A stretch of DNA of 64,000 nucleotides from Mobula hypostoma. Its lineage: Eukaryota. Made by a program: the position numbers and the translations under genes. The notes below the pieces were generated by a model. That model had not been told where the DNA came from. It saw only the letters and a list, made by a program, of their open reading frames with translations, and searched no databases. Shown here piece after piece: positions 13,064 through 25,942 of the stretch (the first letter of the stretch is position 1; each line of letters opens with the position of its first letter). The DNA lies in assembly GCF_963921235.1 (NCBI RefSeq), contig NC_086097.1, positions 1,798,001 through 1,862,000 on the forward strand, given 5' to 3'.

Positions 13064-13610
13064 TAGTCACTAACCAAACTCATAATCAACTCACCGCAAA
13101 CTCCCTCCATCCAGTCACTGACCCAACTAGATACGAATTCTCTCCGTCCAACCTCTGACCAAACTCATAATCAACACAAACTCTCCGTCCAGTCACTGAC
13201 CAAACTCAATCATCACAAACTCTCCGTCCAGTCACTGACCAATCTCATAATAAACACAAACTCTCCGTCCAGCCACTGACCAAACTCATAATCAACACAA
13301 ACTCTCCGTCCAGTCACTGACCAAACTCATAATCAACACAAACTCTCCGTCCAGTCACTGACCAAACTCATAATACACACAAACTCTCCGTCCAGCCACT
13401 GACCAAACTCAATCATCACAAACTCTCCATCCAGCCACTGACCAAACTCAATCATCACAAACTCTCCATCCAGTCACTGACCAAACTCATAATCAACACA
13501 AACTCTCCGTCCAGTCACTGACCAAACTCATAATAAACACAAACCCTTTCCGTCCAACCTCTGACCAAACTCAATCATCACAAACTCTCTGTCCAGTCAC
13601 TGACCAAATT
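13064..13610. repeat. Minisatellite, 39-41 bp unit (aactctccgtccagtcactgaccaaactcataatcaacaca), ~13 copies
   Basis: Direct tandem units starting at 13218, 13259, 13300... Confidence 0.95.
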
Positions 13611-16185
13611 CAAACCCGAAGCATCCAACGACGCAACCTGCCAATTGATTCCTGCGGGACGCGTCCACCAACATCAAAGAGCTGACAACAACACACTGTA
13701 TCGATGGAGACCTGGAAAGATGCACTACTTACCGAGGAAGCGTGGGAAAAGAGCTGGGCTGCTGGTCAGATTGAAGCTGAGGGGCTTCAGGGTCCCTATA
13801 CCCACTATCCTACTAGCTAATGTGCAAGCCATAGAGAACAAGGTGGATGATCTTAAAGGGAGACTCACCTACTGCAGGGAGATGCAGAACTGCTGTGTAT
13901 TCTGTTTCACTGAGACCTGGCTCTCCCCTGCCACCCCCGACTGTGCCATCCGACTGGAGGGATTTTCGATCCAACGGATGGACCGCACGACGTCTTAGGG
14001 CAAGACGAGGGGAGGTGGTGTCTGCCTACTGATCAACACTGCGTGGTGCTTGGACACAGTGGCACTGACAAGCTCCAGCAGCCCGGACCTGGAACACCTG
14101 TCGGTGAAGTGTTGTCCCTACTATCTGCCACAAGAATTCACCTCGGTCATACTGACAGTGGTCTACATTCCCCCCCAGGCGGACGTGGAGTGTGCTCTGA
14201 ACATACTGTATGCCAACATCAGTGAACTTGAGACCAGGTATCTGGAGGCCTTGCTCATTACAGCCGGGGACTTTAATCAGGCCAGCCTCAGAAAGGTGCT
14301 GCCAAAGTTATACCAACATGTCTCCTGCCCCACTAGAGGCCCGAATATACTTGACCACTGCTACACAGCAGTCAAGGATGCCTACCGTTCCATCCCATGA
14401 CCTCAATGAGACCATCAGGCCGTACTCCTCCTCCCAGCTTACAAACAGAAACTGAAGCGGGAGGTCACGGTGTCAAAAGTAGTGTCGCGTTGGACGGAGG
14501 AAACGGATGAGGTCCTCTGTGACTGCTTTGAATCGGTGGACTAGTTAGTATTCAAGGACTTGGCAGCTAACCTCGACGAGTATGCCTCAGCTGTCACGGA
14601 CTGTATTCGGAAATGCATGGAGGACTGTGTGTCTCGCAAGACGATCCAGGTATTCCCTAACCAGAAACCTTGGATGAATTATGAGGTCAAGTCCCTTTTA
14701 AAGGCTAGAGCTGTGGCTTTTAGGTCCAGGGATACCAGTCACTACACAGATTCCAGGCGTGAACTCCGGAAAGCCATTAAGGGCACCAAGAGGCAATATC
14801 GAGCCAAGTTGGCAGCTCAGGGTAACCAGAGGGATGCCAGTAGACTATGGCAGTGTCTAAATGAGATCAGTGGGCACAAAGGCTGGGAATATCAATAACT
14901 GTGGCGCTTCTCTTCCTGACGAACTTAACGTATTCTACGCAAGATTCGAACAGAAGAGGAGTGTCCCGCTCCCTCCGGATCAATGGGACCTGGTGGCATC
15001 GAGATTCATCGTCACTGAGGAGGACGTGAGAAGGGCCTTCCTGAAGATAAATCCAAGGAAGGCGACGGGCCCAGATGGCGTCCCAGGACGGGTTCTCCGG
15101 GCCTGTGCAAACGAGCTAGCTGGAGTGTTTGCTGACATCTTCAACTGCTCCTTGCTTCAGTCTAAGGTCCCCTCCTGTTTTAAGAAGGCAATGATAATCC
15201 CAGTGCTGAAGAAGAGGAAGGTGGCATGCCTGAATGACTAACCTGTGGCTCTGACATCAATTGCTATGAAGTGCTTCGAGAGATTGGTTATGGCACACAT
15301 CAACCACAGCCTACCGGTCAACCTCGACGCTTTGCAATTCGCCTACCAGAGCAACAGGTCAACGGCAGATGCCATCTCTCTGGCCCTACATTCCTCCTCA
15401 GAACACCTGGAGAATAAAGATGCATATGCAAGGCTCCTTTTCATTGACTACAGCTCTGCCTTTAATACCATCATTCCAAATAAACTGATTCCTAAGCTCC
15501 GGAACCTGGGCCTTAGCACTCAGATCTGCAGCTAGATCTTCAAATTCCTCACAGACAGGACCCAGGCTGTAAAAATAGGGGACAAGATCTCCTCTACAAT
15601 CACTCTGAGCACCAGTGCCCCACAAGGCTGTGTACTCAGCCCCCTGCTGTACTCACTGTACACCCATGATTGTGTAGCCAAGCTTCCATCAAACTCAATA
15701 TATAAGTTTGCTGATGACACAACAATTGTAGGCCGTATCTTGGGTAATGATGAGTTTGAGTACAGAGAGGAAATTAAGAACCTGGTGGCATGGTGCGAAG
15801 ACAATAACCTATCCCTCAACATCAGCAAGATGAAGGAATTGGTTGTTGACTTCAGAAGGAGTAGCGGACTGCACAACCCAATTTACATTGGTGGTGCGAA
15901 AGTGGAACAGGTCAAAAGCTTTAAGTTCCTCGGGGTCAATATCACAAATGACCTGACTTGGTCCAACCAAGCAGAGTTCACTGCCAAGAAGGCCCACCAG
16001 CGCCTTTACTTCCTGAGAAAACAAAAGAAATTTGGCCTGTCCCCTAAAACCCTCACTAATGTTTATAGATGCACCGTAGAAAGCATCATTCTAGGGTGCA
16101 CCACAACCTGGTATGGAAGTTGTCCTGTCCAAGACCGAAAGAAGCTGCAGAAGATCGTGAACACGGCGCAGCACATCACACAAAC
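13611..16185 (+). mobile_element. Rex1/Babar LINE, APE-RT almost complete, several stops/frameshifts, 3' end missing
   Basis: [69 protein letters not shown]. Confidence 0.93.
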
Positions 16186-16410
16186 CAGCCACTGACCAAA
16201 CTCAATCAACATAAACTCTCTCCATCCAGTCACTGACGAAACTCACAATCAGCACAAACTCTCTCCGTCCAGTCACTGACCAAGCTCAATCAACAGCTTC
16301 AACTGCATCCAAACTCAAACCAGCTCACTCTGAACTACCTCTGCCCACTGACCAAGCTCCACACCACGAACTCCCTCTGTCCAGTCACTGATGAACCTGA
16401 ATCAACACCG
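16186..16410. repeat. Continuation of the 39-41 bp minisatellite, degenerating
   Basis: cagccactgaccaaactcaatcaac, ctctccgtccagtcactgacc. Confidence 0.9.
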
Positions 16411-16419
16411 CAAATTCCC

Positions 16420-17330
16420 CCCGCCAGTCACCGACCCCCCCCTCCTTGTCCCACCCCTCATCCCTCTCCCCTCCCTGTCCCACCCCTCGGCCCTCTCCCC
16501 TCCCTGTTCCACCCTCGGCTCTCTCCCCACCTCTCCGGCCCCTCTGTCCTCTCCCCTCCCCCATCAACCCCTCTCCTCTTTGCCCCCCCCACCAACCCCT
16601 AGGCTCCTCGCCCCTCTTCCCTCCATCAGTAGCCTGTCAGCCCCTATCCCGTTTTGCCCTTCTCCCCTCAACCCCTCGGCCTCCTCTCCCTTCCCTCCCA
16701 ACTCCTCGTCCCGTCCCCCTCCCTCTCTGACCCCTTGGCCCCTCCCCTCTCTCTCTGACCCCTTTGCCTTTCTCCCCTACCATCCTCCCTCTCCAACCCC
16801 TCGGCCCCATTCCTTTCTCTCACCGACCCTTCAGCCCATCTCCCCTCCCTCACTGACCACTTGGTCCTTCTCCCTTTCCCCAACCAACCCCCCCGGCCCT
16901 CTTCCCTCCCTCAGTAACCTCTCAGCCACTATACCCTCCCTTCCCTCAGTTACCTCTCAGTCTCTATCCCTCCCCTCCCCCAGTAACCTCTCAGCCCTGC
17001 CCCTATTCCCCTCCCCTCCTCTCCGACCCCTCGGCCCTTCTCCCCTGACTCTCAGACACGTCTGCCTTTCTCCCCCTCCGCTCCTCTCCCCTCATCCCCT
17101 CAACTCCCCTCCCCTCGCCTTCCTTTCCGACCCCTCAACTCCTTCCCTCCCTCTCCGAACCCTCGACCTCTCTCCCCTGCCTCTCCGGCCCTCTCCCTCG
17201 CCAGCCACTCTGCCCTGCCTCAGTAACTCCTCGGCCGGCCCCCCTTCACTGAACCCCTACACCCTCACGCTACTCTCACGACCCCTCGGTCCCTCTCATT
17301 GCTGTCTCCCTCTCCTCACCCTCCAGCTAC
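16420..17330. repeat. C/T-rich low-complexity tract
   Basis: Strongly pyrimidine-biased on +; recurring accc(c)tcggcccc. Confidence 0.9.
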
Positions 17331-17525
17331 GCCACGCCCCTCTCTCCGCCAATCCACGTTTGCAGCTCAGTTGCTAGGGGACAGTGTGATCGACGTAGAT
17401 GTATCAACGTCACCCCGTGTTTCCACGGATACCGTGACGTTCATGAACGGCTGACGTCTGAACGCATCTCCCGGTTTGGCAGTTGTTAGGGCGCATGTGC
17501 GGTTGCTAGGGCTGGCGGTCTGAGG
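17331..17525. promoter_or_regulatory. CpG-rich candidate (bidirectional) promoter with RFX X-boxes
   Basis: ccacgcccc (SP/KLF) 17332; CCAAT 17349; X-boxes gttgctaggggac 17370 and gtttccacggatac 17419; gttg(t/c)taggg 17482 and 17502; CRE half-sites 17407, 17435, 17452; NRF1-like gcgcatgtgc 17491. Confidence 0.6.
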
Positions 17526-17529
17526 GTTG

Positions 17530-17740
17530 CCTTGAGCAAGGCGCTTAACCACACATTGCTCTGCGACCACACTGGTGCTAAGCTGTATCGGCCCTAGTGC
17601 CCTTCCCTTGGACAACGTCGCTGGCGTGGAGAGGGGATACTCGCAGCATGGGCAACTGCTGGTCTTCCATACAACCTTGCCCAGGCCTGCGCCCTGTTCC
17701 AGGCGCAGATCCATGGTCTCGCAAGACTAACGGATGCCTA
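17530..17740 (+). mobile_element. 5'-truncated SINE with CORE-like body
   Basis: ccttgagcaaggc...acattgctct is shared with the tRNA-headed SINE at 33907-34126; the 3' tail differs. Confidence 0.55.
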
Positions 17741-17761
17741 TTTATTTGAAGCTGGATAAAA

Positions 17762-18250
17762 ATAGAGGGAGGGAGTGAAGGGGGTAGAGGGGGTGTAGGT
17801 GAGAGGAGAGGAGCGTGGGAAGGAGGGGTAAGGGGAATGGGAGGGGGAGAAGGGGTTGAAGAGGGGTAAAGGGAGAGGAGAGGAATGAAAGTGGAAGAGG
17901 GCAGAGCAGGGTTGGGGAAGTGATAAGGGAGGGAGAAGAGGGTAAGGGTAGAGGAAGGGGAGTGGGAAGGAGGGGGATGGGGAGGGGAGGTAGGGGTTGG
18001 GGAATGGGGAGAAGGCGGGTGAAGGGGAAGAGTAGGGATGGGGAGGGGAGAGACAGGGCTGAGGGGTAAGGAGAGGAGAGGGGAAGGGGACAGGAGGGGG
18101 AGAGGAGGATGGTGGGGATGGGGAGGGGAGACAGGAGGGTGGGTGAAGAGGGGGAGGGAGAAGATGTGAAGGGTGGAAGTGATGACAGCAAGAGGGAGCA
18201 AGGGAGGGGAGAAGAGAAGGAGGGGGTGAGGAGGGAGGAGGGCGAGAGAG
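17762..18250. repeat. G/A-rich low-complexity tract
   Basis: Almost all purines on +, with many GGG runs. Confidence 0.9.
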
Positions 18251-18769
18251 ATCGGGTGACTGGAATTGTGGAGTGCGAGGCTCAAGAATTCTGGAAATAC
18301 GAAATAAAATCAGAAAGTTCTGATGAAGGCGTCGGGCAGCATGTGTAAGAGAGTGGGGCAGAGTTTGTGTTTTAAACTCATGGCTTTCTCACAACTGAAT
18401 ACCTGTGGGTTTTCTGCTGGAGAGAATAGCTAGTTATGTTACTTCATTTAAAAAGGGCCCAGGGAGGATGCAGGAGAACATAGCATTGCTGTAGAGTCAT
18501 AGGAAAGTACAGCACAGAAGCAGGCCCTTTGGCCCATCTAGTCTGTGGTGAACCATTTAAACTGCCTATTCCCAACAACCTGCACCTGGACCATAGCCCT
18601 CCATACCCCTACCATCCATGTACCTTGCCAAACTTCTCTTAAATGTTGAAATCAAGCTTGCATGCATCACTTGTGCTGGCATCTCATTCCATACTCTCAC
18701 AAACTGAGTGAACAAGTTTTCCCACCTCTTCTCCTTAAATGGAGCCTAATGTCCAAGGATACACACTGT

Positions 18770-21700
18770 ATCAAAAGGAAAGGCAGAGGGGGTGGCATTG
18801 CTCTGTTGGTAAAAAATGAAATCGAATCACTAGAAAGAGGTGACATAGGGGTGGAAGGTGTTGAATCATTGTGGATAGAGCTGAGGAACTGCCAGGGTAA
18901 AAAGATCCTGATGGAACTTGTATACCGACCCCAAACGGTAGCAAGGATGTGATCTATAAATTACAAAGGGAGATAGAAAATGTATACCAAAAGGGCAATG
19001 TTACTATAGTCATGGGGGACCTCAATATGCAGGTAGATTGGAAAAATCAGGTTAGTGCTGGATTCAGGAGGGGGAATTTCTAGAGTGCCTATGAGATGGC
19101 TTTTTAGAGCAGCTTGTGGCTGAGCTCAAGAGAGGATCAGCTACTCTAGATTGGGTGATGTGCAATGAACCAGAATTGATCAGAGAGCTTAAGATAAAAG
19201 ACCTTAAGCTCCCACAAGGATCTGTTCTGGGACCTTGACTTTTCGTGATTTTTATTAATGACCTGGATGTGGGGGTTGAAGGGTGGGTTGGCAAGTTTGC
19301 AGAGGACACAAAGGTTGGTGGTGTTGTGGATAGTGTAGAGGATTGTCGAAGATTGCAGAGAGACATTGATAGGATGCAGAAGTGGGCTGAGAAGTGGCAG
19401 ATGGAGTTCAACCCAGAGAAGTGTGAGGTGCTACACTTTGGAAGGACAAACTCCAAGGCAGAGTACAAATGGCAGGATACTTGGTAGTGTGGAGGAGCAG
19501 AGGGATCTGGGGGTACATGTCCACAGATCCCTGAAAGTTGCGTCACAGGTGGATAGGGTAGTTAAGAAAGCTTATGGAGTGTTAGCTTTCATAAGTCGAG
19601 GCGTAGAGTTTAAGAGTCGCGATGTAATGATGCAGCTCTATAAAACTCTGGTTAGGCCACACTTGGAGTATTGTGTCCAGTTCTGGTCACCTCACTATAG
19701 GAAGGATGTGGAAGCATTGGAAAGGGTACAGAGGAGATTTACCAGGATGCTGCCTGGGTTGGAAAGTATGCATTATGATCAGAGATTAAGGGAGCTAGGG
19801 CTTTACTCTTTGGAGAGAAGGAGGATGAGAGGAGACATGATAGAGGTGTACAAGATAATAAGAGGAATAGATAGAGTGGATAGCCAGTGCCTCTTCCCCA
19901 GGGCACCACTGCTCAATACAAGAGGACATGGCTTTAAGGTAAGGGGTGGGAAGTTCAAGGAGGATATTAGAGGAAGGTTTTTTACTCAGAGAGTGTTTGG
20001 TGTGTGGAATGCACTGCCTGAGTCAGTGGTGGAGGCAGATACACTAGTGAAGTTTAAGAGACTACTAGACAGGTATATGGAGGAATCTAAGGTGGGGGCT
20101 TATATGGGAGGCAGGGTTTGAGGGTCGGCACAACATTGTGGGCCGAAGGGCCTGTACTGTGCTGTACTATTCTATGTTCTATGACCCTTAAGGGACAGTG
20201 ATCATAATGATAGAATTCACCCTGAAATCTGAGAAGGAGAAGCTAAAGTCCGATGTGTGAGTATTACAGAGGAGTAAAGGGAATTAGAGGCTTGAGAGAG
20301 GAGTTGGCCAGTACTGATTGGAAAGAAACACCGGCAGGGACAACAGCAGAGCAGCAATGGCTGGAATTTCTGGAAGCAATTCAGAAGGAACAGGATATAT
20401 ACATCCCAAAGAGGAAGAAAAGGAAGGATGACACAACCATGGCTAACAAAAGAAGCCTTCATAAAAGCCAAAGAGAGGGCAAATAATCAAGCAAAAGTAG
20501 TAGTAAGTTAGAGGGTTGTGAAGCTTTTAAAACCAACAAAAAAGCAACTCAAAAGTAATTAAGAAGGTAATGATAGAATATAAAAGTAAACTAGTCAAAA
20601 ATATTAAAGAGGATGCCAAGTTTCTTCAAATACATAATGGGTAAAAGAGAGGCAAGAGTGGATATCAGACCATTAGACATGGGAGCAGAATTAGGCCATC
20701 TGGCCCATCGAGTCTGCTCCGCCATTCAAGCATGGCTTGTCCTTTTATTTATCTCCTCCTCAACCCCAGTTCCCGGCCTTCTCCCTGTAACCTTTGATGC
20801 CATGTCCAATCAAGAACCTATTAACCTCTGCCTTAAATACACTCAACGACCTGTCCTCCACAGCTGCATGTAAAACAAATTCCACAAATTCACCATCCTT
20901 TGGCTAAAGAAATTTCTCCGCATCTCTGCTTTGAAAGGGCACCCCTCTATCCTGAGGCTGTGTCCTCTTGTCCTAGACTCTCCCACCATGGGAAACATCC
21001 TTTCCACATCTACTCTGTCTAGGCCTTTCAACATTTGAAAGGTTTCAATGAGCTCCCCCCTCATCCATCTAAATTCCAGTGAGTACAGACCCAGAGCCAT
21101 CAAACGCTCCTCATATTGGACTGCTGGAAAATGATGCTGGAGAGGTAGTAATGGGGCCATTGAAATGGCACACAAACTGAGTAATCAGTCTTCAATGTGG
21201 AAGACACTAGCAGTACGGTAGAAGTTCCAGGTGTCAGGGGGCATGAAGTATGTGATTTCCATTACTAGAGGGAAGGTTCTTGGGAAACTGAAAGGTCTAC
21301 AGATGGTATACACCCATACAGCTCTGAAAGAGGTGGCTGAGGAGGTTGTGGAGCCATTAGTAACAATCTTTCAAGGGAGAGAGGCAGAAGAAAGGAAGCT
21401 ATAGGCTGGTTAGTTTGACCTTAGTGGTTGGGAAGATGTTGGAGTCGATCATTAAGAATGAGGTGTCAGGGTACTTGGAGGCACATGATAAAACAGGCCG
21501 TAGTCAGCATGGTTTCCTCAAGGGAAGATCTTGCCTAACAAATCTGTTGGAATTCTTTGAAGAAATAACAAGCAGGATAGACAAAGGAAAATCGGTTGAT
21601 GTTGCATACTTGGATTTTCAGGAGGCCTTTGACAAGGTGCCACAGATGAGGCTACTTAACAAGTTAAGAGCCCATGGAACTATGGGAAAGATTCTAGCAT

Positions 21701-22795
21701 GGATAAAGCAGTGGCTGATCGGCAGGAGGCAAAGAGTGGGAATGAAGGGAGTCTCTTCTGGCTGGCTGCCGGTGACTAGTGGTGTTCCACAGGGGTCTAT
21801 GTTGGGACCACTTCCTTTTATGTTATTGACAATGATTTGGATGATGGAATTCATGGCTTTGTTGAAAAGTTTACAGATGATATGAAGATAGGTGGAGGGG
21901 CAGGAAGTTTTGAGGAAGTAGAAAGGCTACAGAGGGATCTAGACAGATTAGGAGAATGGGCAAAACAATGGCAGATGGAATACAATATCAGGAAGTGTAT
22001 GGTCATGCACTTTAGTAGAAGAAATGAAAGGGTTTGGCGATTTCCTAAATGGAGAGAAAATACAAAAAAAAACAGAGGTGCAAAGAGACTTGGGAATTCT
22101 TATGCAGGGTTCCCTAAAGGTTAATTTGCAGGTCGAGTCGATGGTGGGGAAGGTAAGTGCAATGTTCGCATTCATTTCAAGAGGACGAGAATATAAAAGC
22201 AAAGATGCATTGTTGAAACTTCATAAAGCACTGATGAGGCCTCACTTGGAGTGTTGTGAGCAAGTTTGGGCCCCTTATCTTTGAAAGGATGTGCTGAAAC
22301 TACAGAGGGTTCAAAGGAGATTCAGGAAAATGATTCCAGGATTGAATGGCTTGTCATATGAAGAATGTCTGATGGCTCTGGGCCTGAATTCTCTAGAATT
22401 CAGAAGAATGAGAGGTGACCTAATTGAAACCTATTGAATGGTGAAAGGCCTTGATTGAGTGGATGTGGAGAGGATGTTTCCTATGGTGGGAGAGTCTAAG
22501 ACCAGAGACACAGCCTCGGAATAGAGGGGCATTCTTTTAGAACAGAGATGAGGAATTTCTTCAGCCAGAGAGTGGTGAATCTGTGGAATTCATTGCCACA
22601 GGCAATTGTGGAGGCTAAGTCTTAATGTATATTTAAGGCAGTGATTGATAGATTCTTGATTGATCAGGGTTTGAGGGGATCTGGGGAGAAAACAGGAGAT
22701 TGGGAAAATTACATCAGCCATGTTGAAATGGCGAAGCAGACTTGATGGGCCAAATTACCTAATTCTGCTTCTGTCTCTTATAGTCACATGGTCTA
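18770..22795 (+). mobile_element. CR1 LINE ORF2 carrying nested CR1 insertions
   Basis: APE part to ~19208 resumes at ~20183 (GDSDHN); RT motifs 21415-22300; antisense CR1 3' end nested at ~20660-21113. Confidence 0.85.
19209..20182 (+). mobile_element. Younger 5'-truncated CR1 nested in CR1
   Basis: ORF 19366-20121 is the RT C-terminus; (ttctatg)n tail; ccttaag on both sides. Confidence 0.85.
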
Positions 22796-22799
22796 AACA

Positions 22800-25700
22800 T
22801 TTCACTTTTCACCTTTAATCCAAAATTTTTGATTGCAGTCCCACCCAGTCTCAGTGGGAAAAAGCCTGCTTGCATTTACCCTAGCTATACCCCTCATAAT
22901 TTTGTATACCTCTATCAAATCTCCCCTCATTCTCCTACACTGTAGGGAATACAGTACTAACCTATTCAATCTTTCCTTATAACTCAGGTTCTCCAGTCCC
23001 GGCAACATCCTTGTAAATCTTTTACTGTCCTCTTTCAACCTGGTTTACATCTTTCCAGTGGCTAAGTGACCAAAACTGCGCATAATATTCCAAATTACGC
23101 CTCACCAACATCTTATACACTTCAACATAACATCTCATTTCCTGTACTCAATACTTTGATTTTGATTTGTGTAGCAAGAGGTCCTGCATAGAAAATTTGT
23201 TTGAGTTTTTTGAGGAAGTCTTGATTATTACTGAGGGTGGAGCATAGGATGTAGTCTTCATGGACTCGCAGTTGACGAGGTCCCTCACAGTAGGCTGATC
23301 TGAGATATTATGTCACATGGGTATGTTGGATACAATATTGTAGAAGATAGAGGGAAGTGGTGGAGTGACAAGAGGCCTGTGACCAGTGGTATTCTGCGGT
23401 GATCAGCGCTGGGATTTCTGTTGTTTCTGATATATGATCTGGACAAAAATGTAAGTGAGCTGATCAGTAAGTTTGCAGACAACAGAAAAAGTTGGCAGAG
23501 TTGTGGTTAGCGAGGAAGGTTGCCAATTTTTATTTATGCACCATAGAAAGCATTTTGTCTGAATGCATAATGTCCTGGTATGGCAACTGTTCTAGGCATG
23601 ATTGCAAGGAACTAGAGAGTTACGGACACAGCTCAGAACCTTCTGTCCATAGACTCTGACTACACTTCCCATTGGCTCGGTAAAGCAGCCAGCATAGTCA
23701 AAGACCCCCTCCCACCCCACCCCCGGGTCACTCTCTGCTCTCCCCTCTCCCGTTGGCCTGAGCGCATGTACCACTGGACCCAAAGACAGCTTTTGTCCTG
23801 CTGTTATAAGGTTCCCTTGTTATGATCTTATATCTTTTGTTAACCTCTACCACACTTTCTCTGTAGTTGTTACTGTTTATTCTGAGGTCCCCATGAGGGT
23901 CTTGGCCTAACAGATTGACTGTTTATTTCCCTTCGCTGTATTTTGATACTTCTGACAATAATAAACCAATTTTCCCTGGGCGGATAATGGTGGGGCTTCT
24001 GTATTGCAGTTGATAGTGATGGAACGGGTCCTTTGGTCTCATCTATCCATACCTCTCCCATCTATGAACCTATCCAAATTTCTCCTCGTGCTCGATTCCA
24101 CACTCTCACTACCCTCTGAGCGAAAAGATTCGCCCTCATGTTCCCCTTAAATATTTCACCGTTCAACCTATGTTCTAGTTCTAGTCTCACCCAGCCTCAG
24201 GTGAAAAGCTCTGCTTGCATTTACCCTGCCTATACCCCTCATAATTTTGTACACCTTCCTCAAATCTCTCCTCAATCTCCTCCACTCCAGGGAACAAAGT
24301 CCGAAACCTATTCAACCTTTCCCTGTAACTCAGGTCCTAGTACCATCCTTGCCAATTTCCTCTGCACTCTTTCAATCTTATTGATATCTTTCCTGTAGAT
24401 AGGTAACCAGAACTGCCCACAATACTCCAAATTAGACCTCATCAACATCTTATACACTTCAACTCCTGTACTTAATATCGATGTTAAACAACAACAGACC
24501 CAGCACCGATCCCTGTGGCACGCACACCACTAGTCCAGGCTCTACTCGGAGATAACCCTCTATTATCTCTCTGTCATCTTCCTGCTAAACCGATGTTGCA
24601 TACACCCTGAATGCTGTATGATTTAACCTTCTGGACCAGCCTCCCATGGATAACTTACCTTGCTGAAGTCCATGTAGACTTTGGATTCTCCTTCCCCTTG
24701 TCTGCTAGAACAACTTCATGCCTCCTTCTAGCCCCCATGATTTCCCTATTTGAGTGCACTCTTACATTTGTTATATTCCTCAAGCAGCTCATTTGATCCT
24801 ATCTGTCTACAGCTGTGGTGCGCCTTCTTTTTCAGAGTATTGTACATTCCTTATCAAAGTATGTATGCATTAAACAATCTTGAGATTTGTCTCCTTGCAG
24901 CCACAAACAAAGAGACCCAAAGGAACCCTTTAATACAGAAGACCATTAAACACCCAGTTTGTAGAGGAAAAAAAATCATGCAAACAATAAACGCAAGCAA
25001 ATAGCATTTTGAACTGAAGTCCACAAAGAGTCCGTCCAGCACAGAGCCGAGTAATCGTAATAGTATCACTTTATCCGATTGTAAAGCATTTTGAACTACA
25101 TTGTATGAAAAGTGCTCAGTTAATATGTTATTATTATTAATATCCAGGGCTGCAATGTCTCTCGAAACCAAGCCTCCCTAAAGCTGTTATCCTTGCCGTT
25201 TATTCTAACAGGAACGTACAAACTCTGTACTCTCAATATTTCACTTTTGAGGGCCTCACACGCACCAAGCATCCCTTCGCTGGAAGACAGTCTGTCCCAA
25301 TCTACATTTGCCACCCAATCCGGATGATTGCTGAGACTCTGCTGATGTGAGTGCTCCTTGCTGCCTATTTGCCCATGTCTGCCTGTAGCCCAGACCTCAA
25401 GGTGAGTGCAATGCATGGTGAGTTGGTCACGTGGGTTCAGAATTGGCTTGTCCACAGAAGACAGGCAGTAGTTATTCTGGCTGGCTGTCTGTGATCAATG
25501 GTGTTCCGAAAGGGTCTGTTCTCAGACCGCTGCTGTTTGTAATATATAGAATTGTCCTAGATGAAAATGTTGATGGGTGTGTTAGTAAGTTTGCAGGCAA
25601 TGTAAAAACTGGTGGTATTGTGGGTAGTGTAAAAGACTGGCAAATAATACAGCATGATATAGATCAATTCAAGATATGGGCAGAGAAATGGCAGATGGAG

Positions 25701-25806
25701 TATAATACAGTCGATAATGAAGTGTGGCATTTTCGGAGATGAAAAGTACACTGTTGCTGTCTGAATTAGAGGCCATGAGCTATAACGAGAGGCTAGACAA
25801 ACTTGG
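22800..25806. mobile_element. Patchwork of short CR1 and Rex1 fragments on both strands
   Basis: e.g. RRMRGDLIEVYKIMRG (- 22802-23038) and GVPKGSVLRPLLFVIY (+ 25431-25742). Confidence 0.7.
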
Positions 25807-25906
25807 ACAAACAACAGGAATTCTGCAGATGCTGGAAATTCAAGCAACACACATCAAAGTTGCTGGTGAACGCAGCAGGCCAAGCAGCATCTATAGGAAG
25901 AGGCGC

Positions 25907-25942
25907 AGTCGACGTTTCAGGCCGAGACCCTTCATCAGGACT
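25907..25942 (-). ncRNA. Minimal type I hammerhead ribozyme, intact core
   Basis: Minus strand reads AGTC-CTGATGA-AGG(GTCTCGG)CCT-GAAA-CGTC-GACT. Confidence 0.8.

Noticed and set aside
17345..17385. MHC class II-type X-Y module (minus strand CCTAGCAAC...ATTGG)
   Set aside because: The X-to-Y gap is only 16 nt with no intervening X2 site, shorter than the fixed class II spacing, and no MHC exons are seen
16391..18285. Long Pro/Ser/Leu-rich ORFs (16391-17377 +, 17578-18285 -)
   Set aside because: Stop-poor frames arising from pyrimidine low complexity
18318..18345. Hammerhead from ctgatga at ~18320
   Set aside because: No helix II or GAAA/NUH follows
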